Assembly (NCBI RefSeq): GCF_036321535.1
Contig: NC_087438.1
Coordinates: 10,976,001 to 11,040,000 of the forward strand
Length of the DNA stretch: 64,000 nucleotides
DNA from: Camelus dromedarius
Lineage: Eukaryota
Reading direction: 5' to 3'
Part shown: piece by piece, positions 1 through 12,440 of the stretch
Numbering within the stretch: position 1 is the stretch's first letter
How the letters are laid out: every line of letters begins with the position of its first letter
Made by a program: the position numbers and the translations under genes
The notes under the pieces: model-generated
What the model was told of the DNA's origin: nothing
Database searches by the model: none
The model's input: the letters and a program-made list of their open reading frames with translations, nothing else

Positions 1-3000
1 ATATACTTGATTTAGACACAGTTAGCAACTGACAGAATTCCCTCATGGAAACAGTGGAGGAAAGTGACAATTGGAAGCATTACAACCACTATCAAAAATT
101 GGGCAAAAGTCAACAACACTCCCCTGGGAAGATGGCAGAGATTAATATCACCATCAAAACACTGAAGGATGCTGGGGAGTTTAGTCTTACTACTTCCCTC
201 ATTTTATTTCCCTCATTAGCCTATGGAAAAGATAGATCTTGGACAGTAAATGGATTACTATAAATGGAAGCTGATATTCATTCTAACCATAGCAACTTCT
301 GGAACCTGATATTCAACTACTGATCTAGAAATGTCTTTTTATGTATACTAACTCATAAAAGAAAATTAGAGGCAATTTGCTTTCACCTTATAGGAACAGT
401 AGTACATTTTAACTGATCTGTCTCAGAGTTATGTCAATTTTCTGGTTATCTGTCATAATCCAATGCACAAAATCATTGTGTCATGGTCCCATGAAACATT
501 AAGGTTGTCCACTCTGTTGATGATAAAATCTGATGAGCAGGATGTAGACAATACCCTCTATGCCTTGCTGAGACACATACATGACAGATGGTGAGGCATA
601 ACTCCATTAAAATTCAGTGACCTGCCACCTCATTGAGTTTTTTAGTGGCATAGTGGTCTGGTCTGGTTGAGATATCATATTTAATGTGAAAGACAAGTTG
701 CTGAACCTTTTGCTCTATATCCCTAAGAAAGAAAGAAAATGCTTGTGAGTTACTTTAGATTTTGGAGGCAATCTATGCTGTATTTGATGGCTCTTCTCTG
801 ATGCATTTACTAAGCACTCCTCAAGGATGCCAGCTTGTCCGGCCACTCTGCCTACTGCAGCTTAGGACCCATAGATCCGGTGGAGCTTAAGTATGATGTG
901 AAAAGGAACGCAATATGGAGTGACTGGCATACTCCCATGAGAGATTCACTGTGAAGACCTCTAGGATTTTAGAGCAAAGTCATACCCTCTTTTGCACAGA
1001 ACTTTCTCTCTTTCAGAAACAACTCTTGTTTTGCTACTGGTGCCTTGTAGGGATTAAGTGCCTGATCACAGGAGCACTTCATGATCACATGACTATGAAA
1101 TGCTATATCTTGATATATTACCAAACGCACAGAATGATGGCCAGTAGGGAAGCACTCTTCTTCAACTGGGAGTGACATACATTTAAGAACAGCCCTAAGT
1201 AGGTTCTGTAGGCTAAAAGATTTAATGTGCTGATAACTCAGATACTCACGAAACCATCCCTAATGTGTTGCTGCCTCTTCCTCAAATCACACTGTATCCT
1301 CATGGGGAGTCTTCTCTAAGCAGTTGACTGAGGAATACAATCATTGCTCTTGGTTTAAGTTGGTTCCACAAGACATGTAGGCACTGGTCAGATTTGGACT
1401 GTTGCAGCTTCATAGCTCCCTCAGGGGATGCCCTGAAGAGTAGAAGGGAAGAGAAATATTCTCAATGGAAAGAACTCTAAGCATCTTACTTTTCATTGTG
1501 CCCAAGAGGAGAGTGGCCAGAGATAAAGATCTATACTAATTCACAGGTAATATCTAATAACTTGGCCAGTTGGTCAAGGCTTTAGAATAAATTATTCTAG
1601 TGGATAGGTGACAACGACGAATAAGAATGGAGCTCTCATAATGCACAGAAAGTATGAAAATATTTGTTTTCCATGAGAATGCTAATCAAAAATTACTCAC
1701 TATGGGTGCCGGTCAGGATCTTTGCTCAGCCACCTCAGTACTTGCTCTATGGGCTCATGAGCTAAACAGTCATGGCAATAAGATTGAGGTTATGACTGGG
1801 ATCAAAAACATGGGCTTCCTGTATCCAAGGAAGATCTGGCCATGATCGTTACTGAGTGTCCACTCTGCCTACAGCGGAGATCAACACTGGACCTCTGATA
1901 TTGTACCATTTTCCAAAACAGCTCCCATCTGATACCAGGTTGATTACACTGGAACTCTTTTATCATGGAGTAGGTAGCGATGTGTCCTCACTGGAATAGA
2001 TATTGCCTCTTGCTATAGGTTAGCTTCCTTGCTGTCAGTGCATCTGCTTATACTATTGTCTAGAGATTTAATGATGACTATCATAATGATAATGAATTCA
2101 TGACCCAGGACCAAGGAATTAATTTCACAATAATAGAAGCCAGCTAAGAAAATTGAATAGCTTATGGAAGACTCAGTTTTATGCTGCCTGGGAGGCAATA
2201 CCTTGCAGAAGTTAAACCAAATTCCTATACCTGTAAACGTGGTATGTTTCTCTTTCTCCTTTAGTAGGAAACCACTGGTATGAGAAACAGGGAGTGGGAA
2301 TGAGAGTGATTCTTCTCAATCTTTTCATTTAGTAAACTTCCATCAAAAGTTATGCCTCTTGTCCCCATAACTCGGGCTCTGTAGATTCTGAGATATTTAT
2401 TCCCAAGGAAGGAGAGTTTCAACCAAGGAGCATATTCAACTTGAAGTTCAGATCGCAACCTCGCTATGTTGGACTTCCAATGTTATTGACATAACAACAA
2501 AAAAAGGGAAATACTGTACTAACTAGGATGACTAATCCTGATTATCAAGGGGGAAATAGAACCGATGCTATAAAAGGGGATGGAAAAATGTGCACAAAAT
2601 GCAGGGGACTATCCAAGTGTGCTTTTTAATACTTCCAATATTGTTCATGGAGAATCACAGCTACCCAACTAATGGCTTAGATCACTGAGGAATGACGTTT
2701 AGGATTATTCTGCCTCACAAAAGCCCACGTCCACCTCAATGCTGACTATTGACGAAGTGAATATGAAACAGGTAATAGAAAAAGTAGGTTCTGAACCAAT
2801 TATAGCCATATGATCAGTCACACAAAGGACCATAGTAACTGTTCCTGTGTTCTTTCTTGCTATACTACGTATATATTATATTAGCCAAATTAGTTTTCTC
2901 CTTCATCTTCTCCTACTAACTTATATAAGGTATGTTGGTGCTGGTTACACTTCTAGCTCAGTCTGCAAATTATAAGATATGAAGTAGGGATTGAGACTGA

Positions 3001-3180
3001 GCTAAAAAAGAATGAATATCTAGAGATGGATACAGTGACATTTGGATTTTCATGCCTTGCCTTTTGAAGGAGAGAGTTGATACATCTTTAGACTGAGAGA
3101 TAGTTGCAACAAGTCAGTCAAAAGCAAAATACTGTTGCTCTTTGGAAATTTAAACATAGATATATGGAGAGCCAACTAGA
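1..3180 (+). mobile_element. Decayed ERV-L (HERVL/ERVL-E-like) internal region: RT, RNase H, integrase, dUTPase remnants
   Basis: Resembles ERVL pol, e.g. 'cccctgggaagatggcagagattaatatcaccatcaaaacactgaaggatgctgggg' (PG.MAEI..TIK.LKDAG), 'gatagatcttggacagtaaatggattac', integrase 'caggttgattacactggaactctt' (~1937), dUTPase-like 'atgactaatcctgattatcaaggg' (~2530). Many stops and frameshifts; continues past the window start. Confidence 0.85.
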
Positions 3181-3183
3181 TAT

Positions 3184-3627
3184 TGTGTTTTGGTATGTAG
3201 TATGATCCCTGTTTTTTTAAACTGTGTCTTGTAACACGGGGATTGACAGTTTGGAAGCTACATTAATCAGATTTACTGGCCAACAGGGATTTGGTTTAAA
3301 TGCTGCCAGTGGAGGGCATTTGTGTGAGATTTGGAAGAGGAAGATACAGAGAAGTCATTATTCTCCAGAAGCAGCTGGGCATCTACAGATGGCAGATGTG
3401 GGGTTTTGCCCATGGTTTTCAGGTGTCCTTCTGCCACGTTGTAAATGGCATCCATCAATGGTGGAAGTTTATTTGGATTCTTCTACTTTCTGATTATTTG
3501 GTGCTATTTTTAGCTTCCTTGACCTAGCAACAACTGTGTAAGGCTGTAAGTCCCTGTGTTATACCCCATCCTGCTTAAAATAGCTAATAATGGTTTCTAT
3601 TTTTCTGATCAAATCCTGACCAATACA
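3184..3627 (+). mobile_element. ERV-L LTR (LTR33/LTR41/LTR50-type), probable 3' LTR of the upstream provirus
   Basis: Begins TG and ends 'ggtttctatttttctgatcaaatcctgaccaataca', a typical ERVL LTR terminus; directly follows the internal region. Subfamily uncertain. Confidence 0.7.
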
Positions 3628-4479
3628 TATACTGTATCTTTATTCCTATATTTGACCATTGGCTACTATGAAGAATTTATAAGACTGTGTGATGCTAACA
3701 CTAAAAATATATTTCCGGAACATATTTCAAAATGTATGCCTAAGTAAGTGTTGATCTGCAGCACTGTCTTAACAATAAAAGATAGCCCACAAATGGCATA
3801 TTTACATATACTGCTTATTGTAAACTATAGCTTAACTGGTTCAGCTGTAATCGAAACAAAATAGGTTTGATTGATCTGCCTGTATATTTAGCCAAATTAT
3901 ATTTTTTATTTTGGTGTCCCAAAATGTTACCCTGCTAATATTTCTGCCAGTTTAACGTACTGTGAGTTTGCCAACATAAATGGGAAAGAAGAACAGGTTT
4001 CGTTGTGTGAAAATCATCACAGATCCAACCATATGTCTTTTGGAAACATTATTATTTTAAATTTATTTTGATCTTACTTGAACTACACATTCTTCTGTAT
4101 CACAAAAGGGAAAGGAAATGAAAGTGATAGTTGCTTTCAGCAGGGAAGACTGCATTACTTTTCTTTTTTTTTTTTTTTTTAGTAAGACAAGCTAACTCTC
4201 CTCCATGTCTTTCAGTCAAACTGCCTGGAAGAACTTTGTGTTTCTAATGGTTTGTCAGTGTTTTTTTGAATGACACTATGCAGATTTAAAAGAGAGAAAA
4301 AAATATTTCCTGGATAGAAACCAAATATCTCAAAATGGAGTAGATTTATTATGGAAACTTTTTCATAATAGTGTTTTAAAGAACATAGTCATTAAAAAAA
4401 TAAGCTGCCAAATAATTTACAATCAACACAGTCTATTTCAAGACAAAGTTTTCCAAAACGGATATATGTTTTAAAAAAA

Positions 4480-4876
4480 GAAGAAGAAAAGAACTATTGA
4501 AGATTCTCAGAAGACTTTGGAGACTAAAGCCCAAGCTCTTTGGCATAGCCCACACTTCCAGGCCATCGCTCTCCTCCCCTGATGCTCCAGCACCCTGGGG
4601 ACCGGCACACGCCACAGTGCTTCCATGTGGGACCATTTGCTGCTCTTGGACATACCAACACTTTCAGCTCCTGCTTGAGCAATCCTTGGATCAGAATCCC
4701 TTTTGCCATCTGTAAATGTCTTTAGTGCTTATATGCGTCTTTTCAACTGGACTAAGTTCAGTAAGTGTCTTAGAAAGTATTTTATTCACTTATGTATTAG
4801 CAATGCTTAGCAAATATAGCTTAGTAGTTACCAACAAATGGTTGATGAATAAATGAAATCAATGAATGGATGAATA
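4480..4876 (+). mobile_element. L2 3' end fragment
   Basis: Ends 'tagttaccaacaaatggttgatgaataaatgaaatcaatgaatggatgaat', the L2 (TGAA)n tail. Confidence 0.6.
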
Positions 4877-4879
4877 AGT

Positions 4880-5045
4880 CATAGGATTTTCGATTTAGAA
4901 GGAATATTAAGGGTACTACTGTCCAAATTCCATGTTCTACAAAGGAAAATGAGGCCGAGTGGAGCTTCGATTTGGTCAAACTCACACAGTAGGGCAGTCG
5001 TTCTGCTGATCCTGGAGCACAGTTATTTCTGCTCTCCGTTCAGAG
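4880..5045 (-). mobile_element. MIR SINE
   Basis: MIR core-like 'ttctacaaaggaaaatgaggccgag...ggtcaaactcacacagtag'. Confidence 0.55.
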
Positions 5046-5374
5046 CGTCATTTATGTCACTCATAATTATTTGCTCTACCATTTCATTCCGGGCTAATTT
5101 GGAACTTTGCTTGGAGGGACTGTAGTTCATTTTCTGAATATTTGCTCTGTGATACTCCTAACATCCTTGGGGACATCATTTCCACTTTAAAAATAATTGA
5201 AGAGAAATATCTGTAACTTCAGACATTCAAGTAGCTACAGTAGCCCCCTGGTTTTTCAGCTTCTTCTTTGTCTATTTAGTATTTCAACACTTTATAAAAC
5301 AGTAGTATCATTGTGGTGGTTACATCGTTCTTCTGCTGTGGGTATAGATATTCTATATCTATATATGACTTTTC

Positions 5375-6250
5375 ATTATTAAGTTGTAGAAGTTCTTATA
5401 CATTCTGGATACATAAGTCCTTTGTCAGAGAGATAGATGAAATCTATAAAATAGAAGATGTATAAAAATTTCACCCAGAATGTGAGAATGGCTTTCATTA
5501 TCTCCCTAGTATTTCTTGAAGAGTAGAAATATTAAATTTTGAAGTCTAATTTATCCATTTTTAAACATTTTATGTTATTCCTTTTTTGTCTGTAAGAACT
5601 CATTGCCTACCCACCTAATCATGAAGATATTTTTCAACGGTTTCTTTTTTTTGAGAAGTTTTGTAGATTTTGCTTTAAAGTTTAGACCTATTTTCAACTT
5701 AAATTAATTTTTTTGAATGGTGTGAGGTAGGACTTGATCTTAATTGTTTTTTCATAAACTCATCCAATTGTTGCAATATTATTTGTTGAAAAGATTTTCT
5801 TTCCCCATTTTAGATTTGACATTATTCTTGAAAGTCAATTCATTATACATATATAGGTAGGTCTGTTTTTAGACTCTCTACTTTGTCTCATTGATCTATT
5901 TTTCTATTCTGTTGCCAAACTCACTCAGTCTTGATTATTACAGCTTCATGGTAAGTCTTTAACTAAAGTGGGCATAAGTCCTGCAATTGTGTTCTTCTCT
6001 TTCAAGATAGCTTTTTGCTATTCTTGGTCTTTTTCATTTCCATATACATTTTAGAATCTGCTTGACAAATTATACCATGCAATCCATTGAATCTATAGAT
6101 CAATTTCAGGGCAAGAGATGTGAAAAATATTATTTTCCCATTTATGAACATGATTTTCTCTTCTCTTATTTAAGTTTTCATTTCTCTCAGCAATGTCTTG
6201 TTATTTTCAGGAAAGAGATTATGCACCTTTTCTCCAAATTTATTTCTAAA
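5375..6250 (-). mobile_element. Old L1M ORF2 3' portion (first part)
   Basis: Antisense L1 ORF2 motifs 'gaagttcttatacattctggatacataagtcctttgtcaga', 'catttccatatacattttagaatctgcttg', 'cattgaatctatagatcaattt'. Confidence 0.85.
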
Positions 6251-6252
6251 TA

Positions 6253-6385
6253 CAGGCAAACCTTTGGAGATATTGCTGGTTTGGTTACAATCACAAGACA
6301 GTGAACATTGCAGTAAAGCTAGCCACACAAACTTTTTGGTTTCCCAGAGCCTATAATGCTTGTGTTTACACTATCCTGCAATAGT
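6253..6385 (-). mobile_element. Tigger1 terminal fragment (TcMar)
   Basis: TA followed by 'caggcaaacctttggagatattgctggtttggttac...tttttggtttcccagagcctataat...tgtttacactat', matching the Tigger1 terminal inverted repeat and subterminal sequence. Confidence 0.8.
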
Positions 6386-6393
6386 GATATTCC

Positions 6394-8035
6394 TGTGTTG
6401 TATTTTGTGTTATATTTTGTAGTTGAGAAAGCAAAATTCTACTATTTTATTTCAAGATTTCTAAGTCCCACTTGCATTCAAATAAATTATAGAAAAAGTT
6501 TATTTATTGGACAGTGTTTAAACCTTGGAATGTAATTACACATTGATGTAACAATTACAAAATGGTAGAAACTACCATTATAAAATGGTAGTTATAGATC
6601 CATGCTAGCTTGTCAAAAAATGTACATTATTGCTAAAAATGATTCATATACAGTAATATTTTGAGATGCCTCCTCACTTCCCAGTTAAATTTAGCTTTCC
6701 AAATTAACCATCTGATGTTGAACTCTTAAGTATCCTTAATGGCGAAGTGAACACTGCTTAATAGGCCACGACACATAGAGATGTCAAACAGTACTGGTGG
6801 TGACAGCAGAGGCTGCTGTTTAGTACATAAGCCTACAGTTCACATTTTGACTTCTATCTAAGTGGAGTAACTAAGGACAGCTATGAAATCTGCAGAGGAC
6901 ACTAGAGGAGACCAACAGAACAAAGAGACATCGTGAGCCTAACCACCGTGAGCTGGTAAGCATCTTTGCATTTCAGCAAGGGTGGGCAAGCTGAAAAATC
7001 ACTTATTACTTCCCTTATTTACTCAAAACAACAATATCTTTCTATTCCCCAAATCCTGCCAATGGTCGCATTTCATTGTGGCTATCAAAATGTAGGGCAT
7101 CAGTCCTAATAACAAGCATCACATTTTCAGAAGAAATATACACATTATATTCAGAATACATATCAATACATACTGATGGTCTTCTCTTCACCTTTCATGC
7201 TCCAGAATGTGTAAGGTGATTATATCTCTGGTATTTCCTCTTTTACATCAGGTATGGGCTATTTGAAAACTGTTTCATCATCATCACCTATTTTAGCCAC
7301 TTGGTAATTTTCACTCCTCCAAAAGTGTTGATGTACAAACTGTTGTGTGGCCCTGGCTATCCATTTTCATCTTCAGAGGGTCAGAGTACCTTAAACCTTT
7401 TTCCCTTCTTTGATAAAACCTGGCAATTCAGAGTTCTGATGACCAGTGCTTGAGATATATTTTTTCTTTTTCCATAAGACCAGTGAAGGAAGATTGCAGT
7501 CTATTCCTAATTTAGCTCTTTTCTTCCTATTTTTTCTTTATTTTAAAATTCCTTCTCCATTTTGAGCTTTTGTTTAAGTACTCACTTCTACCATCCCACT
7601 GGTAGTATATGATGTCTTTGAAAATAGAACATCCCCGTCTTTAAAAGTTTTTTGGGTGCATTTTCAGATGGCATAAACTGACACTTCAAGATTGTCAAAC
7701 GGGCAGTTGCTCATTGTTCCAGTCACTATCTTGGCAACATCTTCAACACTCAAACTCAGAGAAAGCACAGCCTTTGTAACTTGCAGTCTTTTTTACTTCT
7801 GAGCTTCCTGTTTTAATGATGTCAGACTGGGAGCTGGGGTTCAAAGAGCCCTCCAAGCCTACGTCCCACAGAGCTGACTCCAGGAGTAAGTTTTCCTTTG
7901 CTGAATGCACACTGGTGGATAACCCACCTGCTTCTCAAACTTCACCTGCTATTGCAGTTAAGGGACAGAAGCATCTTGCTGCACCTGCAGAAGCCCACTT
8001 GTGAATCCTATGCACTCCACCTCGTGCTCCTGGAA
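6394..8035 (-). pseudogene. NIFK: Processed pseudogene of NIFK (nucleolar protein interacting with the FHA domain of Ki-67; MKI67IP)
   Basis: Minus-strand translation gives colinear NIFK motifs with no introns: LLSLN (7957-7971), ENLTPGV (~7876-7896), KGCAFSEFE, EDVAKIV (7724-7744), CQFMPSE, DSQGHTTVCTSTL (~7323-7361), DDDETVFK*PIPDVKEEI. Many frameshifts and stops. 3' UTR runs to ~6425, with AATAAA at 6451-6446 and a decayed A-tail at 6394-6425. Confidence 0.9.
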
Positions 8036-8039
8036 AATC

Positions 8040-8500
8040 TTTCTGGTGCTTTTTTAAATAACATTTAAAAGTTAATTTTCTAATTATTTTTAGCTAGTAT
8101 ACAGAAACGCAATTAGTGTTTGTGTCCCATCATCTTCTATCCTATCACCTTGCTAAATTTTATTTCTAGTACTTAAAATTTTAGATTCCGTAGGATTTTC
8201 ACATAAACCAATAGGTCATCTGTGAATAAAAATGGTTTTAATTTTTCTTTTCCTACTTGTACCCTCTTTTTTGGGGGGGGTATACTGCAGTGGCTTTGTT
8301 CCTAAAATTAGGGGAAACAAGTTCTATATTTTAGCCTTAATTATGATGTGCATTGCAGGTTTTTGTAGATCTCCTTATCAGGTTGTGGAAATTTCCTTCT
8401 AGTCCTACATTGCTAAGAGTTTTCTTATGAATGTTTGTTGCATTTTGTCATTTTTTTTTCCTATTGAGATAATTGCATGCTTTTTTACTTTTTATGTTAT
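8040..8500 (-). mobile_element. Old L1M ORF2 (continuation of 5375-6250)
   Basis: Resumes the L1 sequence where it broke off: 'tttctggtgct...gctagtatacagaaacgcaatt...ctatcctatcaccttgctaaatt...tttttgtagatctccttatcaggttgtggaaatttccttctagtcct'. Confidence 0.8.
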
Positions 8501-8599
8501 TATGCAAACAGGTAAAATTATCTTTGTAGAAGGCTTATGCTTCATATAAAAATTCCTGCAGAATCTACTAAAAGCTATTAAAACTAGTATTTGTTAATG

Positions 8600-10200
8600 A
8601 CTGACTGGAATATTGTAGTGAATTCTGTTTGCTCTGCTGTGGAAGCTTCTGATGTTGCTGTTCAAAAAATGCAGCCTTAGGGCACACACAGTTACCCTGG
8701 GATGACAGTAGTTTTAGCGAGTCTCTCTTTGACTTTCTCTTTTCTGATTGTTTCCAGCTGCTAAGCTCTACTAAATTCCAGATGATCGTCCTTTTGTTTT
8801 TAGCCATGCCTGCATAAATACATTGCTCCACAGACTGGTCCAATTAGATTTGGACTCCTTTGAGGGAGTGGTTTCTGAAGTTAATGCTTGAGGCTTGTTC
8901 TGACCCTAAAGGAGCTCTTCTTCACTGTCTCTTTCCCTGCTTCTCGCTGGTAAACTATCTGGTCTACAATTTAGCATGTACCTTCCATGAAGCTACCAGA
9001 CTGCATTTAATTGGTTAGCATCAAAGCCACCATTGCCTTGGAGAGCATTTTTAGGCTTGAAATTTCTCACACTCTGTTCAAAAAATCTTAGTTCATTTGG
9101 GGAAATTTTTGAAGCTTTCTGCTTTATGTTTATTATTTCTTTAGGGCAAAATTTCTGAGCCATGGCTCTGGATCTTGGGGGCAGGAACAGTTGCTTACTT
9201 CACAATTTTTAGGCATCATTCTATTCTAGTCTACAATTTCCACTTGTTCTTATTTATACTTACCATTCCTCTCATAATATTTCCTTTTATGTTCCTTCAT
9301 TATGTTAATATTTTCTTTTAAATTCTTGAACAGCATTACAATAGGAGTTTTAACAACCTGTCTGCTAACTCCAATAGCTTGGCCATTTCAGGATCTTTCT
9401 CTGTTGCCTGTGTTTTTAATTTTCTTAGTTGTTGGTAAGTTTTTCTGATTTTCATTTGCATGCCTGATTCTTTCTTTTTTCTGTGTATGGAACATTGTGG
9501 ATATTTTGTTATAGGGTGTCTGGGAGAAGGAATGCTGTTGTCTTCCTTTAAGGAGGGTTGAGTTTTGTTTGGACAGCAATTAAATTACTGGAACATCCTC
9601 TTGATCTTATCAGGACTGAATTATGCTTTGTTAAAGCAGACCAATGTTGGATTTGTCATTTGTCCTAGGGCTTGTTCCCTTATCTAGGATATACTCTTCA
9701 TTCTCAAAACATCACTTTTCTTGAGTCTACACTAAATGTGTAAGTTGTTCAGTCATGTCTTTCCATTCTGGGAGAACTGGAATTTCCATATCTTTGAGTT
9801 GTGTGATCTCTGTATCTCTGTGCAGCTCTCATTTCGGGAGCCACACTCTGCTACACATTACTAGGCTTGCCTGGCACATGCACAGCTCAGTCCCAGTGAA
9901 AAGCTCAAGAGAAACTACTGTGCAGATTTCAGGGCTCTTCTCTGTGCACTTTCTACTCCCAAGTATCCTGATATACAAACTTTTATCTGAGCCAGGAATT
10001 CTTATCTTCATCTTCTGAGGTTAGCAAAACTCTAATTTTGTTTTTGCTTGAGTACTACTCCCCTGTGTCGTAGTGAGGAAACCGATTGCAGTCTGAATGT
10101 AAAGCAAACGTGGGATTAACTTTGCATACTTTCCTCAAAGATCACTGTACTTTGATGCCGGTTACCTAACACCAGAAATGGCTTTGTAATATATTTCAAC
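8600..10200 (-). mobile_element. Old L1M 5'/ORF1-side remnants (probable)
   Basis: T-rich L1M-like antisense sequence, e.g. 'attacaataggagttttaacaacctgtctgctaactccaata', 'gagggttgagttttgtttggacagcaattaaattact'. Confidence 0.5.
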
Positions 10201-10229
10201 CAGTGTTATAGTTATTTATGTTGGGAGGG

Positions 10230-10576
10230 CATCTTAGTTCATTTGGGTTGATATAACAAAATACCATTGTTTTGTAATGATGGCTTATAAACAACAGAAA
10301 TTTATTTCTCAGAGTTCTGAAGCCTGAGTCCAAGATCGAGGTGCTAGCAGATTTGGTGTCTGGTGAGAACCCACTTCCTGGTTTACAGGCAGTCATCTTT
10401 TCACTGTGTCCTCACATGGCAGAAGGTGGTGAGGGATCTCTCTGGGGTCTCTTTCATAAGGGCATTGATCCCATGACTTAATCACCTCCTAAAGGTCCTA
10501 CTTCCTAACACCATCACATTGGGGTTAGGTTTTAATGTATGAATTTTGAAGGGGCACAAATATCCAGTTCATAGCA
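10230..10576 (-). mobile_element. MaLR solo LTR (MLT1A-type)
   Basis: 'ggcttataaacaacagaaatttatttctcagagttctgaagcctgagtccaagatcgaggtgctagcagatttggtgtctggtgag...aacaccatcacattggggg...atccagttcatagca'. Confidence 0.9.
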
Positions 10577-12384
10577 GAAAGTATAGAAGCAAAATTCTTG
10601 CCTCTCCTCCTTTTAAGATACCTTAATATATATTTATGGTTTATTCAATATTTAGATATCTAGTTTTCATCTAACTGCATCTAACCTGTATATGAAAAAT
10701 GTGTACTGTTATAGTCAATTAACTATCCCAGTAATGTCCTGCCCTAGGAAAGAAACCACAACAAGACGAAACAGCATACAAGGGAATTCCAACAGATGGT
10801 GCCATTGAATCTAAACTCTTCTTATTCCTTCTGTGTAAATCAAGGACTAGGCAAAGCCTATATCAACTTCATACACAAGAGGAGGTATCTGAGAGGAACA
10901 CGTGTTTCTGAGCATTTTAAACAATTTAAATTTAGTTCAAGAAATGGGACCTTTGAATGTAGAGAGTAAAATGATTTAAGTAAGATCTACAATCAAAAGT
11001 GGGGCCACTGTAGGGGAGTAGGGAGTTCCTCATCTGTAAGAGAGTAAATTTAATGCTGTATAAACAAGTAAGAGTCAAATGTTTAGTTAGCATAGCATCA
11101 CTACAATGGGTTAAGCTTTATTTATTATTTCAGTTGAAGTATGTAGGAGTTGATATTCTCCAGACATGCTAAATGCTGGAAAAGTTTTATTAGTGATATA
11201 ACTTATGTGAATTGACTTATTAAAAAAAAATCTCTCACTTGTATATGTGTTAAACATATTGCTGAGAAAATGTCAAATAAATATAATCACACTTCATGTT
11301 TAGGAAACATTTCAACCTATGAGTAAGATTGCCCCATACAGACAGTTAATCTGAAATAGAAATGTTAAGACTGTCAAAGTTAATATAGCCTTTAAAGGAG
11401 GATTTTGCCTGTGGCATCTTTATAAGTGGTATAGACTAGTTAAAGTGTCCTTTTTTTTAATGAGAGAAAATGGCAATTTTCACTTTTAGTTTCTACTCTA
11501 GGCATCAGATTCTTCGTGCGAAAGGAGGAGTAATTTTGCCATGAACCAAGATCTCTTAATGCCAAATTCTGCCTTGTGATTTAAATTTCAGCTGGTTAAC
11601 AAATTCCATCAACTGTTCATATTGCTGCGACATGGCTCGGGTAGACGTATAGGTAATGAAAACACAAGCCAAGCACTTCTATTTACAGAGCTATGGAAAC
11701 TCTCTCCACTACCTATGATGTCTAGGGCATAGAGTATTCCCACTTTATCCACACAGACGCTATAAATACAAGTTAGAAATTTCTGTCGCCAAAGAATTGA
11801 TCGCCTTCTGCAAGTTGCTCACATATTAAACTGATATTGGAAGAAGTTATTTTCCAGAATGCCCAAGTGCCATTCCTGCATTCAGATAAATCATTCAAAG
11901 TTAATCATATTATCTTAGACTCCTCAATAAATGCTTGTACTGAGTGAAAATTAAATAATTATGTACTCCACCTACAAAAATGACAAACTGAGAATCATGC
12001 ATTTGATCAGCTTTTCTGCATGTTTTGCATATCTGTAGTTTAAAGTTACAATCTGTTATGTCATTTGATGTCCCTTAAAAAGGGACATATAGTCTTTAAT
12101 TTAATTCCTAGGGAAATGTAGGTCTCTGCAAAGTGTTTGAATTTCTTTTCTTTGTCAGGCAATGAGTAACAAATAATTCCATGGGTTTTGTTGACTTATT
12201 TATTTGTTTTACCATATATATCAGACAAATCAAGGACCCAAGAGTGATAAAACTCATCTCATTTAGCTGGAAAGATCAGCACACACAGAATCAAAGAACC
12301 TTGGCTGAAGTCCTGATTTTGCTCCTGGTTGAAACTTTCACTGTTACTCATTCCTCTGAACCTTGATTTATCTTCCCAGCAATC

Positions 12385-12440
12385 GATCAACCCTCTGAAT
12401 CCATGAGTCCTACAGCTGTGGATTCAAGCAACTGCTGGTC
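12385..12440. mobile_element. MER2/Tigger-type terminal fragment
   Basis: 'aaccctctgaatccatgagtcctacagctgtggattcaagcaac' resembles the MER2 end. Confidence 0.5.

Noticed and set aside
45..263. ERV-derived ORFs (also 20317-20679) as domesticated retroviral genes
   Set aside because: Short in-frame patches among many stops and frameshifts; the second begins inside MER20.
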